From an uncultured Actinomycetes bacterium (GTDB taxonomy: Bacteria > Actinomycetota > Actinomycetes > Streptosporangiales > Streptosporangiaceae), in the NCBI GenBank assembly GCA_963730825.1, contig CAVSTQ010000029.1:3771-67770 (forward strand): a stretch of DNA of 64,000 nucleotides, read 5' to 3'. The position numbers were made by a program, and so were the translations under genes. Shown piece after piece: positions 1 to 8,199 of this stretch (the first letter of the stretch is position 1; the number at the start of each line of letters is the position of its first letter). The notes under the pieces were generated by a model. That model saw nothing but the letters and a program-made list of their open reading frames with translations, ran no database searches and had not been told where the DNA came from.

Positions 1-582
1 CTGCTGGCCAGCGCCGACAGCGACGGCACCGTGAAGCTGTGGAACACCGCCACCAGGCAGCCCAGCGGCGCTGCCCTCAAAGCCGGCACCCTCCAAGCCG
101 GCACCGGCCCGAAATCCGGCGTGCTCGCGGTGGCGTTCAGCCCGGACGGCACGCTGCTGGCCAGCGCCGACAGCGACGGCACCGTGCGGCTGTGGAACAC
201 CGCCACCAGGCAAGAGGCCGGCACCCCCATCACGGCCAACGCTGGCACCGGAGGCGGCGTGTCCGGGGTGGCGTTCAGCCCGGACGGCACGCTGCTGGCC
301 AGCGCCGGCGAGGACGGCACCGTCCGGCTATGGAACACCGCCACCAGGCAAGAGACCGGCACCCCCATCACGGCCGGCACGGGAGGCGGCGTGAACGGGG
401 TGGCGTTCAGCCCGGACGGCACGCTGGTGGCCGGCGCCTACAGCGACGGCACCGTGCAAACCTGGCAAGTATCGCTGTTCGCCGATCCTTACGCGGCACT
501 GTGCGCCGATGTCGGGGCGCCGACCAAGGCGGACTGGACGCAGATGGCCCCGGGCGAACCGCAACCCAGCATCTGCGGCTGA
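1..582 (+). CDS. WD40-repeat protein, C-terminal part (5' end outside window)
   Basis: Frame is open from base 1. Four consecutive 44-46 aa units carry the WD40 signature AFSPDGTLLASA.DGTVRLWN. Stop codon at 580-582. Confidence 0.85.
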   Translation: MLASADSDGTVKLWNTATRQPSGAALKAGTLQAGTGPKSGVLAVAFSPDGTLLASADSDGTVRLWNTATRQEAGTPITANAGTGGGVSGVAFSPDGTLLASAGEDGTVRLWNTATRQETGTPITAGTGGGVNGVAFSPDGTLVAGAYSDGTVQTWQVSLFADPYAALCADVGAPTKADWTQMAPGEPQPSICG

Positions 583-815
583 CCCGCGGCGCATCCGCTA
601 ACACGAGCACGAAGGCCGCTCCGGGCAAGGCTCAGCGCATCGGCCAGCCGCCGAGCGCCGTTCCTTGCCAGCGGTACGGTCAGCGCCCCGCGCCAGGTCA
701 CTGACCGACCGCGGGGCAAGCTCGCCGCCTCAGCCAGCTCCTCCCAGGTGAGCCCGGCCTTACATCCTGGCAGGCGCCGCGGCGCCATCCTGTGGGTTCT
801 CCTGTGAGCCGCCAC
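489..815 (-). pseudogene. XRE-type helix-turn-helix fragment, probably a truncated remnant
   Basis: AGLTWEELAEAASL...ARRLADALSL resembles the N-terminal HTH of the 8196-10805 protein. No downstream domain follows. The 3' end runs 94 nt into the convergent WD40 gene. Confidence 0.3.
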
Positions 816-903
816 GTGTGGTGACCAGCAGGAACGCCGGTCACGGTGGAACTAACCGGCGGCCGGACCTCCCGGCCACACCCGGAACACACAGGAGACC
901 ACC

Positions 904-1314
904 ATGTTCCTACCCCCCGCAATCGGCAGCCAGCTCGCCCGCCAGCGGCATCACGACCTGCAGGCCCAGGGCGGCCAGCAGCGCCTGCTGCATCAGCTCC
1001 GTCAGCACGCCGCGCCTCCCGGCCCGCCGGACAAACCGGCCGGCGGATCACCCAGCTGCTCAAGCGCACCCGCTCAGCCGTACTCCCCTGATGAACCGCA
1101 ACCCAGCTGCCAGCAGTCACCCAAGGCAGAAACCGGCATGGCGACCCTGGCCGTACTCGCAGCAATCCGCTCACTTCCCTGGCGTACCTGGGGACGGTTT
1201 ATCTGGGTGCTGCCGGTATCGGCGGTCCTGGTGCTCGCCGCCTGCAGCGGGGGGCTGGGCAGCCCCGCGCTCGCCTGGCCGGTCATCTGGCAGCAGCTGC
1301 CGCCCGTTCGGTAG
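904..1314 (+). CDS. hypothetical protein with one C-terminal hydrophobic helix
   Basis: 136-aa ORF with LARQRHHDLQAQ..RLL near the N-terminus and FIWVLPVSAVLVLAAC near the C-terminus. No family recognised; coding status uncertain. Confidence 0.3.
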   Translation: MFLPPAIGSQLARQRHHDLQAQGGQQRLLHQLRQHAAPPGPPDKPAGGSPSCSSAPAQPYSPDEPQPSCQQSPKAETGMATLAVLAAIRSLPWRTWGRFIWVLPVSAVLVLAACSGGLGSPALAWPVIWQQLPPVR

Positions 1315-1356
1315 CGACGCGGGCTGCGGCGGCCCGGTCTATCCGCATCGCCTGCG

Positions 1357-2223
1357 TCAGTTCGGTCCGGAACTGCTCGCACCGATGCGGCCGCCGAGCT
1401 CGACGGTGCCGCTGACGCAGGTGATCGAGGTACCGCCCACCCAGACCTGGCCGTCCTCGTCGAGGGAGACCTGCACCCGGCCCCGGCGGCCGAGCACGGT
1501 GCCCTGGCGGGCCACGTAGGGGGCGGTAAGCCGCCCGGTGCCGAGCAGCCATTGCGCCAGCGAGGCGTTCAGGCTGCCGGTGACCGGGTCCTCGCCCGGC
1601 GGCCCGATCTGCGGGGTGAACGCGCGGACCTCGAGCGCCTCGGGTGAGCCGTCCGGGTAAAGCCCGGCCACCCCGATGTCCAGGTCGACCGTGCCCGGCC
1701 GGACCGCGAGCACCGCGTCCGCGCTGGCCAGCAGGACGGCTACCCAGCCGGGGCCGTTGTCGGCCCATTGCATGTCCACGATGTCGGCCCGGGCCACGTT
1801 GAGCGCGGCGGCCACGTGATCGGCGACCGCGTCGTCGACCGGGCCGCCGCGGAGCAACGGGGGAGCCGCGAACGCCAGGCCCGTCTCGGTCTGCCTGACC
1901 GTGACCAGCCCGGCGCCGCATTCCTGCACGGCCTGGCCGGTCCGGGCTGGGCGTCCGCCGCTTTCCAGCCACGCGTGGCAGGTGCCCAGGGTGGGATGCC
2001 CGGCGAAGGGCAGCTCCTTGGCGGGAGTGAAGATCCGGACCAGGTAGTCCGCTTCACGTGCCCGGGGGGCCAGCACGAATGTCGTTTCCGACAGGTTCGT
2101 CCAGCGCGCGAACAGCTGCATCTGCTCGTCGCTGAGGCCGTCGGCACCGAGCACGACCGCGAGCGGGTTACCGAAGTACGGAGTTTCGGTGAAGACATCC
2201 ACCTGCCGGAACTGATGGGCCAC
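1357..2223 (-). CDS. PhzF-family isomerase
   Basis: FRQVDVFTETPYFGNPLAVVL and NLSETTFVL motifs. GTG start at 2223, about 289 aa, which is typical for PhzF. Confidence 0.85.
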   Translation of the reverse strand: MAHQFRQVDVFTETPYFGNPLAVVLGADGLSDEQMQLFARWTNLSETTFVLAPRAREADYLVRIFTPAKELPFAGHPTLGTCHAWLESGGRPARTGQAVQECGAGLVTVRQTETGLAFAAPPLLRGGPVDDAVADHVAAALNVARADIVDMQWADNGPGWVAVLLASADAVLAVRPGTVDLDIGVAGLYPDGSPEALEVRAFTPQIGPPGEDPVTGSLNASLAQWLLGTGRLTAPYVARQGTVLGRRGRVQVSLDEDGQVWVGGTSITCVSGTVELGGRIGASSSGPN

Positions 2224-3160
2224 GGGTCCGAGTGTAGGGTCCCCTCGCCCCGCGTCGCCAGCGCCGCCCCCGCCCAGCCCCGCGCTCGGCGGCCGCGTCA
2301 GCAGCGGCAGGCTGCTCAGGCCGATGCCCGCCACGATGGCCGCGCCGCCCGCCAGCTGCCCAGGGCCCACCGGGTTACCAAAGATGACCACGCCCGCGAG
2401 CGCCCCCACCAGCGGCTCGAGGTTAAGGAACGCTCCGGCCACCTCGGCGGACACCCGGCTCTGCCCAAAGGCGAACAGCGTGAACGGCAGCAGCGTGCCG
2501 CCGACCGCCAGCGCGGCGACGGCCAGCACCGGACCGGGGCCCGCCGGAAGGGCGGGTGCGCCCTCCGTGACGACGGTGACGGCCAGGGCGCCCAGGGCCG
2601 CCCCCAGGAACTGCACGGCGGTGACCGCGACCGGGTCGTGGCCGGGTAGCAGCCGGGCCTGGGCGACGGTGAACGTGGCCGAGATGAGCAGCGAGATCAG
2701 CACGAGCCCGTCACCGGACAGCGTCGCGCCGCCGCCGCCGGCGCCCGCGATCAGGCCGACGCCGCCCAGCGACACCACGAAACCGGCCCAGGCCACCGGC
2801 CGGGCCACGGTGCGGTGCCAGACCGCGGCGATGATCGCGACCAGCACCGGCACGGCCCCGATGAGCAGGGCCGCGTGGCTAACGCTGGTCCGGATGATGC
2901 CGGCGTTCTGCACGATGACCGAACCGCCGTACCCGATCGCCCCCGAGACCAGCACCCGGAGCCTGAACGCGTCCCGCAGCCCGCCCGGCCCCGCGGCCCG
3001 CCACGGCCAGCAGGATCGCCGCGGCCAGCCCGAACCGGGCGACGGTGAGCCAGCCGGCCCCCAGCCACGGCAGCGCCAGCTTGGACAGCGGCACGGTGGT
3101 ACCCCAGAGCAGCCCCGCCGCGGCGAGGGCGGCGATGGCGTAACGACGACTGATGTTCAT
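2224..3160 (-). pseudogene. EamA/DMT-family transporter, frame-broken and lacking its own stop codon
   Basis: The N-terminus MNISRRYAIAALAAAGLLWGTTVPLSK (ATG 3160) and the multi-TM body lie in two frames that switch near 2985-3000. The body frame runs without a stop into the PhzF ORF. Confidence 0.7.
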
Positions 3161-3211
3161 ATAGCCTATACTCGTCAAGCACCGTACGTAATTTGTCAGT
3201 CAGCCACTAAT

Positions 3212-3228
3212 ACAGAATATTATTCTGT
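3212..3228. promoter_or_regulatory. Perfect 17-bp palindrome ACAGAATATTATTCTGT, candidate Lrp operator
   Basis: 8-bp arms around a central T, 4 nt upstream of the Lrp-family ATG, inside the 71-bp AT-rich divergent region. The inner 15 nt fit the E. coli Lrp consensus YAGHAWATTWTDCTR at every position. Confidence 0.65.
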
Positions 3229-3231
3229 ACT

Positions 3232-3765
3232 ATGACCGCTCAGCTTGATGATATTGACATAACGTTGCTCACCGCGCTGCAGGAAGACGCGGATCGCACC
3301 AACGTCGAACTCGCTCGCTTGTCTGGGCTCTCACCTGCGGCGACCCTGCACCGGGTGCGGCGGCTCAAGGAGTCGGGGGTCATCCGCATCATCAGCGCCC
3401 AGCTGGATCCGGCCGCGGCCGGCTTCCCGCTTCAGGTCTACGTGACGGCCACCTTGGCCCGCCACGACCCCCGCTCCAGCCGCGTCTTCGACGACATGAT
3501 CCGGGCCCTGCCGCAGGTCATCGCCGCGGACAACGTGGCCGGGGAGACCGACTACCTGCTCACCGTGGTGGCCCGTGACGTCGCCGAGTTGCAGGAGGTC
3601 CTGGCCAGCCTGGCCGCCCGCGGCGGCCAGCGGCTGGTGACCTACCTGCGGCTGGCCGAGGTCAAGCCGCCGTCCCGGCTGCCGCTTGTCCCCACCGTGC
3701 CCGGTCCCGACCGTCCCGCCCGCCGGGCGCCACGGCGGGCCGGCCGCCCCGCCGCCCGGGACTGA
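3232..3765 (+). CDS. Lrp/AsnC-family transcriptional regulator
   Basis: N-terminal HTH (LDDIDITLLTALQEDADRTNVELARLSGLSPAATLHRVRRLKESGVI) plus a RAM-like domain. Divergent from the EamA transporter, a classical arrangement. Confidence 0.9.
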   Translation: MTAQLDDIDITLLTALQEDADRTNVELARLSGLSPAATLHRVRRLKESGVIRIISAQLDPAAAGFPLQVYVTATLARHDPRSSRVFDDMIRALPQVIAADNVAGETDYLLTVVARDVAELQEVLASLAARGGQRLVTYLRLAEVKPPSRLPLVPTVPGPDRPARRAPRRAGRPAARD

Positions 3766-3850
3766 AACCAAAGCGGCGTCTGCCACCAGGGAGTTCTCCC
3801 TGGCCGGCAGCAAGGGGAATGAGAGCGCCTCCGGGCGGGTTGCGGGCGGC

Positions 3851-4427
3851 ATGAAGATTACGGTGATCGGCACGGGCAACATCGGCGGTTCGATCGGAAC
3901 CAAGTGGCTCAAGGCCGGACATGAGGTGGTGTACGGATCCCAGGCCGTCGAGTGCGGGGCCGGGCGGGGCGCCGGTACTGGCGGTCGCTGATGCGCTGGC
4001 GGACGCGGAGGTGGTGCTGCTGGCCGTACCCGGCCCGGCCGTGCCCGAGGTGATCAGCGCGAACCGCGCGGCGCTGGCCGGCCGGACCGTGATCGACGCG
4101 GTGAACCGGATCGGCGAGCCGGAGTTCAACTGCCGGTCGCTGCTGGCCGACGCGGCGCCCGGCGCCAGCTACGTGCGGGCCTTCAACACGCTGGGCTGGG
4201 AGAACTTCGCCGACCCGATACCCGGCACGAGCTTGTTCTTCGCGGCCGATCCGGCTGGCCGGCCGGTGGCGGAGGAACTGATCTCCGCCGTCGGGCTCGA
4301 CCCGGTCTTTCTCGGCGACGCGGGCGCGGCCGGCACCGTCGACTCGCTCGTGTCCGTGTGGTTCGCCCTGGTGCAGCAGCACGGCGGGAACCGCCGGATC
4401 GCGCTGCGCGTGGTCCAGGAAGGCTAG
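3851..4427 (+). CDS. NADPH-dependent F420 reductase-like NAD(P)-binding oxidoreductase, frame-broken
   Basis: MKITVIGTGNIGGSIGTKWLKAGHEVVYGS Rossmann start at 3851. The rest (VVLLAVPGPAVPEV...AFNTLGWENF) lies in another frame, with the switch near 3935-3960. Confidence 0.7.
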
Positions 4428-4428
4428 C

Positions 4429-4626
4429 CCGCTGCTGGCTTCGGCTGTCCAGATCACCGAGAGGTGTGACCCCCGTCACCCCGGTGCCCGGTTCTGCCTG
4501 CGGCCCTACCTCGAGGAGGCGACCGGTCTCTACCGGGCGGCGGGCTACCGCGAGGTGGCCGCCTTCAACGACGAGCCCTACGCCCACCACCGGTTCGAAA
4601 AGATCCTGGCCGACCCCCGCGGCTGA
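4429..4626 (+). pseudogene. C-terminal remnant of a GNAT acetyltransferase
   Basis: Frame 1 reads ...LRPYLEEATGLYRAAGYREVAAFNDEPYAHHRFEKILADPRG-stop, a typical GNAT C-terminus. No acetyl-CoA-binding core lies upstream. Confidence 0.4.
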
Positions 4627-4679
4627 ACTCCCGCGCCCCGGCATGCTCCCAGTCCCGCGGCCCGCGCTACCGTGCGGGC

Positions 4680-5613
4680 ATGGCGACACGACCTCAGCTC
4701 ACCGTCCTGGGCAGCCTGAACATGGACATCTCGGTGACCGTGCCCCGGCTGCCCGGGCCGGGTGCCACCGTGCTCGGCTCGGCGGCGACCTTCACCCCCG
4801 GCGGGAAGGGGGCCAACCAGGCGGTCGCGGCGGCCCGGCTCGGCGCCGCCGTACGGATGGTCGGCTGCGTCGGCGACGACGACTTCGGCCGCCAGCTGCT
4901 GGCCTCGCTGGGCGAGGCGGGCGTGGACGCCGCCGGCGTCCGGGTCGCGGGTGGCGTCCCGACCGGGCTGGCCATGATCTCGGTGGATGGCGCCGGGGAG
5001 AACCTCATCACGGTGGCCCCCGGCGCCAACCACGAGGTCGGCGGAGCTGACGCCGCCCGCGCCGCGCACGGCTCGCCCGACGTCCTGGTGATCAGTGCCG
5101 AGGTGCCGGTCTCACGCGGTCAGGTCCGCGCTGGCTCAGGCCGGCCGCACCCGGTGCGTGCTCAACCTGGCGCCGGCCCCGCCCGAAGCCGCCGCGATCG
5201 TGGCCGACGGCGTGGACTGGCTGGTGGTCAATGAGTCGGAAGCGGGTGCGGTGCTGGGCCGGGACGTCCGGGGTCTGGACGAGGCGCGCCAGGCCGCCGC
5301 CGAACTCGCCGCCGCGGGTGCCCGGCATGCCGTGGTCACCGCGGGGGCGCATGGCGCGGTGCTGGCGATCAGTGGCCGGGACCCGCTGACCATCAAGGCG
5401 TTCGAGGTCCAGGCGGTCGACACGGTCGGGGCCGGCGACTGCTTCGTCGGCGCGCTCGCGGTCACGGTGGCGGCCGGGATCCCGGCCGCCGAAGCCGTCC
5501 GCGCGGCCGCCGCGGCCGGGGCCGCGGCCGCCACCCGCCCTGGCGCGCAGGCAGGGATGCCCCGACCCGCCGACGTCCAGGCGGCCACCGGTCTAACCTG
5601 GCCAGTGGCGTAG
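4680..5613 (+). CDS. rbsK: ribokinase, frame-broken
   Basis: LGSLNMDISV, TPGGKGANQAVAAARLG and DTVGAGDCFVGALA motifs. The two halves are in different frames, with the switch near 5112. Confidence 0.8.
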
Positions 5614-5681
5614 GGTTGCGGCACGCCCCGGGAGCCAAAAGACGGGGCCGGGCAGTAGCGTGGCCCCGAGGAGAGCTTGAC

Positions 5682-7433
5682 ATGATGACGCCTGGCCTGC
5701 GGGAATTTATCCTGGAGGCGCCCGCAGCGGGTCCCGGGACCACCGCCCACAGCGACCAGCGAAAAGATCCCTCCGGGTCGGCTCGGGACCTCCTGCCCGC
5801 GGCCCTGGCCGCGCTGGCTCAGGCGTTTACCGTGGCGGCCGAGCCCGGCGCGCCCGGCGGCGGCGTCCGACGGCGCACCTGGCTGGATACCTTTGACTGG
5901 CGGCTGTACCGGGCCGGTCTCGTGCTCGAGCTCGAACAGGCCGGCCGGGCCAGCGGCGCCGCCGGGGCCAGCCGCCTCCTGCTGACCAAGACCGCCCCCG
6001 CCGCTCCCGTCCTGGCGGCCGAACAGCCCGTCTCCGGCTGGCCGCCGCGCCGTCCCGCCCCCGGCCTGCCCCCCGGCCAGGTCCGGGATCAGATCGCGGC
6101 GCTGATCAGCCCGCGCGCGCTGCTGCCGGTGGCCCGGGCGGTCAGCACGGTCAGCGCCATGCGCCTGCGCAACGCCGACGGTAAGACCGTCGCCTGGCTG
6201 CTCGTGGACCGCCCCACCGCGAACGCCCCGGCCGCTGCGGGCAGCACCGTCGAACTCCCGCCGCGGCTGGCTGTCACCGAGGTCCGCGGCTATCCCGCGC
6301 AGGCCCGCAAAGCGGCCGCCCTGCTGGCCGCCGTCCCCGGCGTGAACCCGGTCAGCCCGGCCGGGCTGACCGGACCGGGCATGTACACGGCGGCGCTGGC
6401 GGCGCTCGGCCGTCATCCCGCGGACTACGCCAGCGGGGTGGACGCGCAGATCACCGCACAGCTACCCGCGTCGGTCGCGGTGGCCAGGCTGCTGCTGCGG
6501 CTGCTTGACACCGTGGAGGTCAACGTCGACGGCGTGCTCCGCGACATCGACACCGAGTTCCTGCACGACCTGCGCGTCGCGGTCCGCCGGACCCGGTCCG
6601 CGCTGAAGCTCCTCGGCGGGGTGCTGCCCGCCGAGGCGGTCAGCCAGTACGCGGCCGAATTCAAGCGGCTCGGCGACCTGACCACGCCGACCAGGGACCT
6701 CGACGTTCACCTGCTCGGGTACGACGCGCTGACGGCGCAGTTGCAGGCCGCCTCGCCGGCCGACCTGGAGCCGTTCCGCGTCTTCCTGGCCCAGCGCCGG
6801 GCCCGCGAGTTCCGGCGGCTGGCCGCGGCGCTGCGTTCCGCGCGGTTCGGTGCCCTCACCAGGGACTGGCGCAAGACGCTGCTCGAGATCCGCGACGCGG
6901 GCACCCCAAGCAAACCAGGCAAGCCAAGCAAACCAGGCAAGTCCGCACGCAAGCGCCGGCCCGAGCCGACCACGGCCGCGCTGGCGCTGAGCACGACGAG
7001 TCACGCGTTCCGCCGGATCGCCGCCCGCGGCGCCGCGATCACCCCGGACTCACCCCCGGAGTCCCTGCACGACCTGCGTAAACGCTGCAAGGAACTGCGT
7101 TACCTGCTGGAGTTCTTCGCCCCGCTGCACGATCCGGTGGCCTACAAGAAGGTCGTCGACGACCTCAAGCAACTACAGGACTGCCTTGGCGATTTCCAGG
7201 ACAGCCAGATCCAGCGCGAGGAGATCGGGGCCCTGGCCGCGGCGATGCTGGCCGAGCACGCCGCGCCCGCCGCGACGCTGCTGGCCATGGGCGAACTCGC
7301 CGCCCGCCTCGCGGTCAGCCAGGCGCGGGCCCGCGGCGAGTTCGCCCGCCGGTTCGCCAAGTTCGCCGGGCCGGCCGCCCAGCCGCGGATCCGCACCCTG
7401 CTCGGCGAGGCCCCCGACGAGGCCAGCTCGTGA
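5682..7433 (+). CDS. CYTH- and CHAD-domain protein
   Basis: N-terminal CYTH-like region ([17 protein letters not shown]) and CHAD helices ([36 protein letters not shown]). Contains an 18-bp tandem duplication encoding PSKPGK twice (6906-6941). Confidence 0.85.
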   Translation: MMTPGLREFILEAPAAGPGTTAHSDQRKDPSGSARDLLPAALAALAQAFTVAAEPGAPGGGVRRRTWLDTFDWRLYRAGLVLELEQAGRASGAAGASRLLLTKTAPAAPVLAAEQPVSGWPPRRPAPGLPPGQVRDQIAALISPRALLPVARAVSTVSAMRLRNADGKTVAWLLVDRPTANAPAAAGSTVELPPRLAVTEVRGYPAQARKAAALLAAVPGVNPVSPAGLTGPGMYTAALAALGRHPADYASGVDAQITAQLPASVAVARLLLRLLDTVEVNVDGVLRDIDTEFLHDLRVAVRRTRSALKLLGGVLPAEAVSQYAAEFKRLGDLTTPTRDLDVHLLGYDALTAQLQAASPADLEPFRVFLAQRRAREFRRLAAALRSARFGALTRDWRKTLLEIRDAGTPSKPGKPSKPGKSARKRRPEPTTAALALSTTSHAFRRIAARGAAITPDSPPESLHDLRKRCKELRYLLEFFAPLHDPVAYKKVVDDLKQLQDCLGDFQDSQIQREEIGALAAAMLAEHAAPAATLLAMGELAARLAVSQARARGEFARRFAKFAGPAAQPRIRTLLGEAPDEASS

Positions 7434-8199
7434 AGATCTACGCCACTTACAACATCAAGGGCGGCGTCGGCAAGACGACGGCCGCGGTCAACCTGGCCTA
7501 CCTGTCCGCCGCCGAGGGCCAGCGCACCCTGCTGTGGGATCTCGACCCGCAGGGCGCGGCCAGCTTCCTGTTCCGGATCAAGCCCAAGGTCAAGGGGGGC
7601 GGCAAGGCGCTCATCCGCGGCACCAAGTCGCTGGACGGCGCGATCAAGGGCACCGACTTCGACCAGCTGGACCTGCTCCCGGCCGACTTCACCTACCGCC
7701 ACATGGACCTGCTGCTCGGCGGGGGCGGGGGCGGGGGCGGGGGCGGACGGGACGGCGGAGTACCCGCGCCCTGGCCCAGCTGCTCCGCCCGTTCGCCGCC
7801 GACTACGACCGCGTCTTCCTGGACTGCCCGCCGAGCATCTCGCTCGCCTCCGAGAACGTCATGCACGCCGCCGACAGCCTGCTCGTGCCGCTGATCCCGA
7901 CCACCCTGTCGGTCCGCACCCTGGACCAGCTCACCGAGTTCGTGGCCGGCTTCGACGGTCACCGCCCCGAGGTGCGCGCCTTCTTCTCCATGGTGGACCG
8001 GCGAAAGAAGCTCCATCAGGAAATAATTCAAACCCTTACCGCCGAACGGACCGTGGTGACACACACCACGATTCCTTCCTTGTCCGTCATCGAGCGCATG
8101 TCGGTGGAGCGTGCCCCGGTCACCGCTTTCGCCCCCGCCAGCCAGGCCGCCCGCGCCTACCGCGCCCTGTGGTCCGAGCTCCGCCTGCCCCCCGTTTAG
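7430..8199 (+). CDS. ParA/MinD-family ATPase, frame-broken
   Basis: Deviant Walker A in [14 protein letters not shown] start overlaps the CHAD stop (GTGA). The C-terminal two-thirds ([20 protein letters not shown]...) is in another frame, with the switch at the G-rich repeat 7721-7750. Confidence 0.8.
7721..7744 (+). repeat. (GGGGGC)x4 tandem hexanucleotide repeat inside the ParA-like gene
   Basis: Read directly. Encodes a poly-Gly run and coincides with the frame break. Confidence 0.9.

Noticed and set aside
7721-7744. Phase variation by gain or loss of GGGGGC units in the ParA-like gene.
   Set aside because: The unit is 6 nt, so copy-number change cannot alter the frame. Restoring the frame needs a +1/-2 change. 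This points to a single-G slip or a consensus error.
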